From assembly GCA_016193315.1 (NCBI GenBank), contig JACPSJ010000001.1, positions 535,478 through 599,477 of the forward strand: DNA of 64,000 nucleotides, in the 5' to 3' direction. The stretch's first letter is position 1; each line of letters starts with the position of its first letter. The notes beneath the pieces were generated by a model. The model did no database searches and was not told the DNA's origin. It worked only from the letters and a program-made list of their open reading frames with translations. The translations under genes were made by a program, and so were the position numbers. The DNA comes from Candidatus Kerfeldbacteria bacterium (lineage in GTDB: Bacteria > Patescibacteriota > Patescibacteriia > SBBC01 > CAIJZX01). This document shows, in pieces, positions 28,494 through 36,844 of this stretch.

Positions 28494-30271
28494 TGTTTGA
28501 GCACCGCCAAGTACGCTGACGGCGGCAGGTCAACTTTCCCGAACGCCCGCAACCGCTGCTTACCGCGTTTTTGTTTGGCCAACAGTTTCCGTTTTCGTGT
28601 CACGTCACCGCCATACAGTTTGGCGGTCACGTCCTTGCGGCGAGCCGGGACGGTGGCCGCGGCCACAATGGTGCCGCCCACCACGGCTTGGATTTTAACC
28701 TCGAACAGCTGCCGCGGCAAGAGGCTTTTGAGCGTCTCCACTGCCTTCCGCCCGGTGGGGTACTGTTGATCCTGATAGACCATGGTTGACAAAGCCTCAA
28801 ACCGCTGCCCGGCGATGAGGATATCGAGTCGTACGAGTTCGGCCGCCCGGTAACCGGACAAGGCATAACTCACCGTCGCGTATCCGGCGCTGACGCTCTT
28901 GATGTGGTCGTAAAAATCCACCAGGATCGATGCCAGCGGGACGGAGAAATGGAGGACCGCCCGGTCGGGAGTCAAGTAACCCAGGCTGAGAAACTGTCCA
29001 CGATAGGGCCGGACGGTTTCGAGCACTGGGCCAATGAACTGACTAGGAGTGAGGACATCGAGCTTGACCACTGGTTCCTCAATCTGCTCGATGGTGGCCG
29101 CATCAGGCAGCTCGAGTGGGCCGCGGATAATGAGGGGGTGCTGGGCCCCGCGGGTCCAGACGTGGTAGGCGACCGAGGGTGTGGTGATCGTGATGGGTAC
29201 CTGATACTCGCGGGCCAGGCGTTCACGGACTATGTCTAGATGGAGCAGGCCCAAGAACCCGCCACGGAATCCAGCCCCGAGCGCGGGTGAGTGTTCCGGT
29301 TCAAAGGTAATGGCCGCATCATTGAGTCTCAATTTCTCCAGCCCTTGGCGCAGACGGGGTAGGTCGTGGCCATCGGCCGGGAAGAGCCCAGCGAAGACCA
29401 TGGGTGTCACTGGCTGGTAGCCAGTCAAGGGATCGAGCCGGATCCCAGCCGGGGCGATGGTGTCGCCGACCCGCGCCTCGACGACCGTTTTTAAGCCGGT
29501 CACGACGTAACCAATTTCCCCAGCCGTTAACGTTGATGTTGGTACCAGTTGCGGATGAAACTGGCCGACCGCCTGGACGGTGGAAGTGGCTTGGCGACCG
29601 AGGAATTGAATGTTCATCGACGGTGCGATCCGCCCATCAACAACCCGCACGTAGGCCACTACCCCCTGGTACGGATCGAAGGTCGAATCAAAAATCCGAG
29701 CCCGCAGCGGTTGCTCTGGTCGGCCGGCTGGCGGCGGAACATCAGTGATGATGCGCTCCAGGATCGCCTCGATGCCGTGGCCCTGCTTGGCCGAAGCGGC
29801 AATAATCGATCGTTGATCGATTTGTAATAACTGGGCCAACTCTGTTTTGACCCGGGGCAGATCGGCGTTTGGCAGGTCGATCTTATTGACCACCGGGATA
29901 ATGGCCAGTCCGGCCCGACGAGCGGCCTCAAGATTGGCCAGCGTTTGCGCCTGGAGACCCTGACTTGCATCGACGACCAAAACCGCTCCCTCAACCGAAG
30001 CCAAGGAGCGCGACACTTCATAAGCGAAATCGACGTGGCCGGGAGTATCAATCAGATTCAGCTGGTATCCGCGCCAGTCCATCCGGACCGGGGCCAACTT
30101 GACCGTAATCCCCCGCTCCCGCTCAATATCCATTTGGTCGAGGTACTGATCGCGCATGGCCCGACGGGGCACAGTGTCAGTACGCTCGAGAAATCGGTCG
30201 GCCAAAGTCGATTTGCCGTGATCGATGTGAGCGATGATACAAAAATTTCTGATTTTCCCCAGGCTGGTCAT
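28490..30271 (-). CDS. lepA: Translation elongation factor 4
   Basis: IRNFCIIAHIDHGKSTLADR, DTPGHVDF, NKID, GFLGLLH, KDVTAKLYGGDVTRKRKLL. Confidence 0.97.
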   Translation of the reverse strand: MTSLGKIRNFCIIAHIDHGKSTLADRFLERTDTVPRRAMRDQYLDQMDIERERGITVKLAPVRMDWRGYQLNLIDTPGHVDFAYEVSRSLASVEGAVLVVDASQGLQAQTLANLEAARRAGLAIIPVVNKIDLPNADLPRVKTELAQLLQIDQRSIIAASAKQGHGIEAILERIITDVPPPAGRPEQPLRARIFDSTFDPYQGVVAYVRVVDGRIAPSMNIQFLGRQATSTVQAVGQFHPQLVPTSTLTAGEIGYVVTGLKTVVEARVGDTIAPAGIRLDPLTGYQPVTPMVFAGLFPADGHDLPRLRQGLEKLRLNDAAITFEPEHSPALGAGFRGGFLGLLHLDIVRERLAREYQVPITITTPSVAYHVWTRGAQHPLIIRGPLELPDAATIEQIEEPVVKLDVLTPSQFIGPVLETVRPYRGQFLSLGYLTPDRAVLHFSVPLASILVDFYDHIKSVSAGYATVSYALSGYRAAELVRLDILIAGQRFEALSTMVYQDQQYPTGRKAVETLKSLLPRQLFEVKIQAVVGGTIVAAATVPARRKDVTAKLYGGDVTRKRKLLAKQKRGKQRLRAFGKVDLPPSAYLAVLKH

Positions 30272-31872
30272 GACGAACGGGTCAAACCGTTCCGCCACAC
30301 CCGGTCACGGAGTTGCTGCCAGACGGAGGTCAGGAGCGAAGCCTCAGACAGTCGGAAGAGGCTGGCAAAAATAGCATAGGAAATTAACCCGACGGCCCCG
30401 GCCACCACCGCCTGCGCTAGCACGCCGACCGCACGCGTCAGGTCGAGCCCGAAACTGACCAAGAAATACTTAGTCGCTTGAACCGTCAGAGCCATCAGGA
30501 TGGTGACGCCGAGGATCTTGATGACCGACTGGATAATCCGATCGTCATCGAGATGACCAATCCGCCGGTGGAGTGTCAGCGCCAACAGTCCGGCGTTCAG
30601 CACGCTCGAGACCGAGTATGCCAGGGCCAGTCCCTGAACACCCATGATCGGGCTGAGGACGACCGATCCGAGAATGGCAATACTAACCGCGGCGATAGTG
30701 TACCGCATCGGCGTTTTGGTATCCTGCATGGCATAGAACGAGCGGGCCAGCACGGGTATCAAAGATTGAGCAAAGAAGGAGAGGGCAAAAAAGCCGAGTG
30801 TCTGGGCGGTGGCGATCGTTTCCGGCCAGCTGACCTGGCCCGCTCCGATGATGACCCGAACGAACTGGGCCCGCAACTGCAAAAATAACACAGTCACGGG
30901 GATAATGACAAACAGGATGTTTCGGACAATGGTTGAGAACTGCTGCACGAATTCTTCGCGGCGCCCCTGACTGAGCAGTTCGACGAAGCGTGGGAATGCC
31001 ACGGTGGCCATCGACAAACCCATGATCGTGACTGGGAAGTCTTGGATGTCGTTGGCCCAACGGAAAATCGATAGGTTCGCCGGCCCGAGGCGAGTGGCGA
31101 TGGGAATAGTCGCCAACTGATTGAGCTGGGTGACGGATTGACCGACTGTTCGCGGCACCAGGAGCTGTCCGATCTGTCGGACGCCGGGGTGTCGCCAACC
31201 AGCCCCTCGACCCGGACGCCAGCCAACCCGCCAGGCCGCCGCGGCGTGGATGGTGGTGTGGAGGAATGCCCCCCCGACCGCCCCCCAGGCCACCCCAGCC
31301 GGACCGAGCACCGGCACGAACCACAGGAGGCCGGCGATGATCCCGAGGTTATTGAAGATCGGCGCCAGCGACACGGCGACGAAATGGCGGAACGAGTGTA
31401 GAACGCCAGCAAAAACATTGCTAATCGAAAAGAGGAGCATGTTCATTGACATGATCCGGGTCAGGACGATCGCCGTGTGTTGGGCCGCCAAGCCGAACTT
31501 GTGACCGACCAGGAGTTTGACGAGCGGCTCAGCGGCCACGAGCAGAATTAAGCCTAAAGAAAAAAAGACGATCATTAGGATGTTGAGGATCGAGCGGGAG
31601 ATGCGCCAGGCCTCAGCCTGGTCGCGCTGCCGGTAGGCGATGAACACCGGCATGAACGACGTCAGCAGCGAGCCGAGGATCAGCGTTCCGTAGATGAAAT
31701 CGGGGATAGCAAAGGCCGCGTAGATCGGGTCCGCCCCCTCGGCGCCGAAGGTCGAGGCGATCAGGCGCTGCCGGATCAGACCAAAGAGTTTACTTAAGAT
31801 CCCGGTGACTCCCACCAGGACCGCGCCGCCCAGAATTGTGGTCTGGATTGTCTCCAGCAATTTCCGCCACAT
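30268..31872 (-). CDS. murJ: Lipid II flippase MurJ
   Basis: SKLFGLIR, AAFAIPD, FMPVF, RSFYAMQDTKTP; about 14 TM helices. Confidence 0.93.
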   Translation of the reverse strand: MWRKLLETIQTTILGGAVLVGVTGILSKLFGLIRQRLIASTFGAEGADPIYAAFAIPDFIYGTLILGSLLTSFMPVFIAYRQRDQAEAWRISRSILNILMIVFFSLGLILLVAAEPLVKLLVGHKFGLAAQHTAIVLTRIMSMNMLLFSISNVFAGVLHSFRHFVAVSLAPIFNNLGIIAGLLWFVPVLGPAGVAWGAVGGAFLHTTIHAAAAWRVGWRPGRGAGWRHPGVRQIGQLLVPRTVGQSVTQLNQLATIPIATRLGPANLSIFRWANDIQDFPVTIMGLSMATVAFPRFVELLSQGRREEFVQQFSTIVRNILFVIIPVTVLFLQLRAQFVRVIIGAGQVSWPETIATAQTLGFFALSFFAQSLIPVLARSFYAMQDTKTPMRYTIAAVSIAILGSVVLSPIMGVQGLALAYSVSSVLNAGLLALTLHRRIGHLDDDRIIQSVIKILGVTILMALTVQATKYFLVSFGLDLTRAVGVLAQAVVAGAVGLISYAIFASLFRLSEASLLTSVWQQLRDRVWRNGLTRSS

Positions 31873-31887
31873 ACAACAACCGCACGC

Positions 31888-31916
31888 AGTTTACCACTTT
31901 TTGGTCCGCCTGACAA
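31888..31916 (-). promoter_or_regulatory. Sigma70-type promoter for murJ-lepA
   Basis: TTGTCA-17 nt-TAAACT with extended TG. Confidence 0.65.
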
Positions 31917-31924
31917 GCCGCAAA

Positions 31925-32100
31925 TACAAAAACGACCCACGGTTTGGGTTACCCCGCCAGCCGATAGGCACTTCTGGCTGAACCAGGAGCGGTCAACGCT
32001 CTGCGGTATCCAACGGAGGAGAACACCTTGCGGTGTGACATTGGGTCCTACAGCGCGCGGACATCACTGATTCAGCCGGAACTGCAACTGAACTCTTCCT
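31925..32100 (-). ncRNA. Candidate rod-shaped small RNA (6S-like or unclassified)
   Basis: Long irregular hairpin 31968-32085 (GGCTGAATCAG/CTGGTTCAGCC) with ACACC-GCAA-GGTGT apex, followed by an ACCCA/TGGGT stem and T-tract. Confidence 0.45.
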
Positions 32101-32376
32101 ACAGTAGTCGCATGAGTTCCGTCGCTCGTCAAGACCCTCCAACCTCCCTGGCCGCCACCACCTGGCCCTGGCGACGCCGTGGAGGGACGGCGCACCGGGA
32201 CCGGGCGTGATGACGACCAGGAAAGTTCCGTTGCTTGATCGGGCAGCACAACGGTTCGGTCTCGCTGAAAGGAGCGACTAGCTACTCCACCAAAATACAC
32301 TTCATCAGAACTGTGCTTTGGTGGGGGCTCCGACTCAATAGAGTCGGAGCCTGAAATGCGAGGGGAGGAACGAGAC

Positions 32377-32988
32377 CTAGACGGTGGTGACCGGCGGGGC
32401 GGCAGCGCCAGGGGCACCCGGCGTGGTCTCGGCCGCCGGAGCCGGAACACGATCCCGGATGATGACCACGCGCCCTGGCACCTGGCCTTCTTCCCGGACC
32501 ACGGCGCGGGCCGTGTCCCGCACCGCGGCGGTGAATGTGGCGCTCGCGAATAGATCGGTGCCGGCCGTGGCCGGGCCGACTCCGGCTATCGCGACCGACG
32601 CATGGTGATGGGCCATCGCGACGTGGAACGCATTCCGGGCTTCGGTCCGCGCGGCGCCGAGCTGCCAGAAGATGATCGGCATCCCGACCACCACCAGCAG
32701 GGTCACGATCGCCACCCAGACCAGAGACATATTGCCCCGGTCGTAGGCGATGACCAACTGACTCGACTGCTCCGGCGAGAACGTCCCGACCGGCCCCTGG
32801 ACGCCCTGTTGACCCTGCGGTCCTCTCGGCCCCCGCTCGCCGCGCGGACCCTGCGGCCCGACCACCACGGCGGTCGCGGGCTGGCCCTGATCCTCGACCA
32901 GGGCCGCCGACGCACTCGACTCCGGCCCCTGGGCCAGAACCGGAACGGCCAAGGCCATGAGCAGGAAAACGACGGTGATGAGCTTCAA
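32377..32988 (-). CDS. Exported/membrane protein with short collagen-like (Gly-X-Y)8 repeat
   Basis: SD AAGGAGG before TTG; signal peptide; GPQGPRGERGPRGPQGQQGVQGPV; one TM helix. Confidence 0.75.
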   Translation of the reverse strand: MKLITVVFLLMALAVPVLAQGPESSASAALVEDQGQPATAVVVGPQGPRGERGPRGPQGQQGVQGPVGTFSPEQSSQLVIAYDRGNMSLVWVAIVTLLVVVGMPIIFWQLGAARTEARNAFHVAMAHHHASVAIAGVGPATAGTDLFASATFTAAVRDTARAVVREEGQVPGRVVIIRDRVPAPAAETTPGAPGAAAPPVTTV

Positions 32989-33089
32989 GTCTCCCTCCTT
33001 GATTGCGCCGCTCCACCATGAAGCGGCGATCCGACCCCGTATGAAATCACGGGGCTAAATTGCTGCTTCATGGTAAAGCCTCTTCTGAA

Positions 33090-33292
33090 CACCACCGAAC
33101 AGGAGGTGAGCGTATGGCGTTGCCTTCCGCGAAGCCACGTTTTACGTGGTGAAGCGGGGTCGTCGCCATTGATGCGCCAAGACCATGGGGCCGAAGAGTA
33201 GCAACCCTCAAGCCTATGGATCCGGCACGGCCGGACAGCGTCCATGCTGGCTGTCCGCTAGTCCGGTGCTCTCCCCTCCTTGTCGGTGGTGT
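33090..33292 (-). promoter_or_regulatory. Structured leader motif, copy A
   Basis: Closing stem CACCACCGA/TCGGTGGTG around AAGGAGGGGAGAGCAC ... GCTCACCTCCTG. Confidence 0.5.
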
Positions 33293-33502
33293 CTCGCTGT
33301 TGTAAAAGTACGTTCTGACTTGAACGATCGATCGTTGATCAATCATTCAAGTCAGAGGGGGAGTGCGGTACAGAACCACGCTCCCCTCTCTATGCTTCAC
33401 AATCCCTAGCGGGATTGGACCGCAACCTTAGTTGCGGGATTTTGTCCAAAGGGCGTTTCAGGAAGACATATCACCCCTTACTCACGCCTGGCTTCGCCAG
33501 GG

Positions 33503-34003
33503 TTAGGCTACGCGCTGGTGACCGTGGCCTCTCCTCCGGCCGGATCCCGGCTTGTCGATCCGCTCGCCAGGACGGTCGAAGGCGGAGCGCAGACGGTAGT
33601 CGGCCACACTGCGGCCGACTTGCTTCGGATTCTTGCGGTGGTCGTGGACCGCCGCTTTGCCATTGCCGTTCAAGGCAGCAATGGTAGCAGTGTAGGCCTC
33701 GGCCGCTTCCGTCCGGAGCTGCTCCTGCCTCTGTTGGCGAGCCAGCATACCCTCAGCCTCGAAAAGCTGGCGGAAGGCGCGGTCCCGAGCCTCTCTCCAC
33801 CAGCCGATCTGGAGAGCCATTCCCTTCAGATGCTGTCCGAGCTGCTGCAGCTGGTTCTGTTCGGCTGGCGTCTCGCCCGGGCAGGATTCGATGTCCTGCT
33901 GGGCGCGATCGGCTGCCTCGGCCAGGAGCCGAAGATTGCGCTCCGCCTCCTCCATCCTGGCCTTGAGGGAAACGATCCGCTCCGACAGCGACACAGAACT
34001 CAT
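33503..34003 (-). CDS. Orphan coiled-coil protein
   Basis: SD AGGAGG before ATG; heptad-rich N-terminal ~110 aa; basic tail. Confidence 0.65.
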   Translation of the reverse strand: MSSVSLSERIVSLKARMEEAERNLRLLAEAADRAQQDIESCPGETPAEQNQLQQLGQHLKGMALQIGWWREARDRAFRQLFEAEGMLARQQRQEQLRTEAAEAYTATIAALNGNGKAAVHDHRKNPKQVGRSVADYRLRSAFDRPGERIDKPGSGRRRGHGHQRVA

Positions 34004-34149
34004 GAGATTCCTCCTGCCCGACTTGGGCGGAATGGGGTAATGGTTTGTACGGTACGACCGGATCTTCCGGCCGGTGGTCTCAACGCATCGTTAAGCTCAC
34101 CGGGGGAGGGCGGTGCGGGTCCGAGTTGAACTCGGGCACCGCCCAGGAA

Positions 34150-34338
34150 CTACTTCTCCACCCTTGGCTCGTCCGCCTTCTCCTTCGGCTGTCGGCACTT
34201 GCAGTCCGCGCCCCGGCACCGACAGAACTCGGAGATCCGGTAGCCAGCGGCCTGGGCCGTGGTGAGCGCCTGCGCGTCGACGACCCCGCCGCGTTCGGCC
34301 GACTTGGCCAAGGCAATCAACGCTTCGCGAGGACCCAT
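34150..34338 (-). CDS. 62-aa orphan with CxCxxxxCxC motif
   Basis: SD GGAGGG before ATG; CRCRGADCKC. Confidence 0.55.
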   Translation of the reverse strand: MGPREALIALAKSAERGGVVDAQALTTAQAAGYRISEFCRCRGADCKCRQPKEKADEPRVEK

Positions 34339-34393
34339 AGTTCCCTCCAGTTCCGGTCTGCCCGACCGGCGGGGTGGCCGTAGCCACGGTGGC

Positions 34394-34756
34394 TCAGTCG
34401 GCTTCTCGTTCGGCCGCCAGCTCCCTCTCCGGACGGGGGTGGATGTCTCGCGTTCTGGTCCGACCCCGCGAAGGGATGAACACCAGGATGAGCATCATGA
34501 TCCCGCTGACGAAGAGCACGCCGGAGATGATCAGGAAGCTTGGCGCTCCGAAGTCGCGGACGGCGTTTACCACGACAACGGCGGTGTTGTGCAGCCACTC
34601 GAGGAGAGCGGCTGTGGCCTGCTGCAGGCCGTTGGCCAGGAGCGCCGTCTGCTGCCGGAAGTAGTCCGGCCGACAGAGGAAGCTGATCCCGGCCGAGACG
34701 AAGCCCCCAGCGACGAAGACCACAGCGGTGACCAACAGTTTCAACCGTTTCGGCAT
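34394..34756 (-). CDS. Orphan two-TM membrane protein
   Basis: SD AAAGGAG before ATG; two hydrophobic segments. Confidence 0.6.
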   Translation of the reverse strand: MPKRLKLLVTAVVFVAGGFVSAGISFLCRPDYFRQQTALLANGLQQATAALLEWLHNTAVVVVNAVRDFGAPSFLIISGVLFVSGIMMLILVFIPSRGRTRTRDIHPRPERELAAEREAD

Positions 34757-34773
34757 GTTTAGCTCCTTTGCAG

Positions 34774-34953
34774 TTAGTCGGTCGCAGTCGACCCAGACGC
34801 CTCGTCTGTATCTTCGAGAGTCTGGTTGCGACTCCAGATGACGTCACGGATCTCCTGGCCGATCGTACGGCAGGCCGTGACGAGGGTATCCAGATCGAAC
34901 TGCTGACCGGCAATGAAGCGGTTGACGAAGTCCTCGGCTTCGGCCTTGGTCAT
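34774..34953 (-). CDS. Small acidic orphan protein (may start upstream at 35082)
   Basis: SD AGGAG before ATG 34953; MTKAEAEDFVNRFIAG... Confidence 0.5.
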   Translation of the reverse strand: MTKAEAEDFVNRFIAGQQFDLDTLVTACRTIGQEIRDVIWSRNQTLEDTDEASGSTATD

Positions 34954-35151
34954 CGTCACTTCTCCTGGGACAGCAGACGAACTGTCTTGATCCGGCCTGG
35001 CCACAGTTTCTGGTTCGATCATGCCAAACCTAGAAAGCTGGGTTGTGATCGTCCGGCGTAGACGACTGAATAGTACCTGCATTGCTGTCACTCCGTTCTG
35101 ACGGCAGGGGTGGTGGTAGGTGGATGGTGACAAAGATCGAAGGTGCTTCTC

Positions 35152-35358
35152 TCACTTGGGCGCCCCATGCTTGATGGAAGCGCCCGAGTGAGGGGAGGAG
35201 TTGTGGAGGGGAAACTCCTCCCGCGTGGCTGGAACGAGGTCGTAGAGGCTGATCCCTGGCTGGTAGCGCAGGTGATACAAGCTGTTTTCGACCTCATACT
35301 CCAGTTCGACCGGTTGGCCGGTCAGATCGTTGATGTACCGCCGCGAGATGATGCTCAT
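35152..35358 (-). CDS. Small orphan protein
   Basis: SD AAGGAGGT before ATG 35358; MSIISRRYINDLTGQPVE... Confidence 0.6.
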   Translation of the reverse strand: MSIISRRYINDLTGQPVELEYEVENSLYHLRYQPGISLYDLVPATREEFPLHNSSPHSGASIKHGAPK

Positions 35359-35505
35359 GGCTGTACCTCCTTGATAGGTGCGGCCGACTCCTCGCTCGAA
35401 CATTCCATACTTCCGTACCGAATGCTCGAGTGAGAGTAGGAAGATGTTGCCATCCTCCTCTCACCGTGTGTGACACCGGGTGAGCGGTGGTGCAATGCCT
35501 AGCGG

Positions 35506-35892
35506 CTAGCCGGCCTGTTCGGGAGACCGAACGTCCATGGCGCAGAGACTCAGACAAAAGAGCCAAAAGGCCGTGCCGATGAGGTAGAACTGCCACGGCA
35601 TGAGGTCCATGCGAACCTGCTCGCCGCCGACGGCGATGATGGCCGACGCCACATAGGCCAGGATCGTGCCGAGGAGTTTGATCGGTCGGCTCGACTGCAT
35701 CAGCGGGTAAGTCAGACCGCCGAAGACCAGACCGACGAGGCCGAAGAAGGCGGCCGCCGCCATGTTGAGGTCCTTGGCCGAGGCTAGATGCGCCGGGGCG
35801 AACGCCCCTTGAAGCGCGGTGTACCACAGGTAGAAGCAGCCGGAAACGGTGGCCACAATGACGGCCAGGCCAGTCCAACGAATCGGACGCAT
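35506..35892 (-). CDS. Orphan four-TM membrane protein
   Basis: Four hydrophobic helices; purine-rich RBS. Confidence 0.6.
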   Translation of the reverse strand: MRPIRWTGLAVIVATVSGCFYLWYTALQGAFAPAHLASAKDLNMAAAAFFGLVGLVFGGLTYPLMQSSRPIKLLGTILAYVASAIIAVGGEQVRMDLMPWQFYLIGTAFWLFCLSLCAMDVRSPEQAG

Positions 35893-36225
35893 TCGATCTC
35901 TTTCTCCGCCTAGAGCGGATGGAATGTACGATCCAGTTCCTTGTTCTTTACCTCACTTGAGCACTCAGATTCCCTCCAAGATTAGAAAGGGGGATGTTTG
36001 TGGGGGCTGAGTGCTCGAGCGAGGGTAAGATCTGGATCTCGATGCTCCCTTGAGCGCCCCGTGTGGAGGGACACGAGACGCTCGAGGGAGGGGGCGTCGC
36101 AGCACGAATACTGGACGCCCCAGGTGCGAGGAAGTGCCCGTTCACTTCCTCCGCTATTCAGCTCGGTCGAAAGGGCGTTACATAAATCCGGTCACGGCGT
36201 TCACCTCCTTGTTCAGGGATGGTGC

Positions 36226-36418
36226 CTCGAGGGAACGAATCAGGAGGCGAGCTGGAGGCGGCTTATGTCGACCGAAGTCAACGAACCGCCCAAATGTCCT
36301 TTGGCGTGGCTTTGGGAGTTTGCACCCCCTTGGCTACGATGTTAGGACGGCTGGATCCTGAGCCGCTTCAAGCGTGATCAGAACGCCAGTGCTCTCCCCT
36401 CCTTATTCCTCCCCTCTC
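36226..36418 (-). promoter_or_regulatory. Structured leader motif, copy B
   Basis: Closing stem GAGGGGAGGAAT/ATTCGTTCCCTC around AAGGAGGGGAGAGCAC ... GCTCGCCTCCTG. Confidence 0.5.
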
Positions 36419-36585
36419 TCGAAGGGACAGGTTTCTGCGACCAATGACACACGGCCACTGGCCGCAGAGCCTGTCCCGTCGAAATGGATACTCGGCTGGG
36501 GGAATCAACCCCTTTCTGTCGTCCCGATGCGCTTTGCCATCGGGCCTTCCTCCCTGCCCCTTGAGTTAAGGGGAAGGACATCAAC

Positions 36586-36662
36586 AAAAAGGGTGGGGCG
36601 CGTTGAGGACCGATGAGCACCTGAATCTAGTTCAGGGTTAGTCGCCAACGCACCCCACCCTT
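36586..36662 (-). terminator. Long terminator/attenuator-like hairpin
   Basis: AAGGGTGGGGTGCGTTG...CAACGCGCCCCACCCTT followed by a T-run. Confidence 0.6.
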
Positions 36663-36767
36663 CGGTGGCAATGGTTAGTAAATGTCGCTCCTCAACGACG
36701 CTGATGCTTGGTTGTAAGGCGCTGCCGGATCTCCTCTTCCTTCAGCCCAATTCAAGCGTAACAGGCC

Positions 36768-36796
36768 ACTATAGAGCAGCCCTTGAATTTTGTCAA
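36768..36796 (-). promoter_or_regulatory. Near-consensus sigma70 promoter facing the orphan island
   Basis: TTGACA-17 nt-TATAGT. Confidence 0.8.
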
Positions 36797-36844
36797 GGGG
36801 TACCTGGCCTAAAACGCCGTTTATCCGCTAACCTTAGCCTTTTT

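Noticed and set aside
32290-32320. CTGATGA as a hammerhead ribozyme core
   Set aside because: No stem II followed by GAAA; the motif lies in the loop of a simple hairpin.
32282-33021. Alternative-frame long ORFs over the collagen-like gene
   Set aside because: Arg/Gly-rich shadow frames typical of high-GC DNA; only the 203-aa frame has an SD, signal peptide and TM helix.
32150-36800. Prophage call for the orphan island
   Set aside because: No integrase, terminase, capsid or replication gene and no att repeats recognised.
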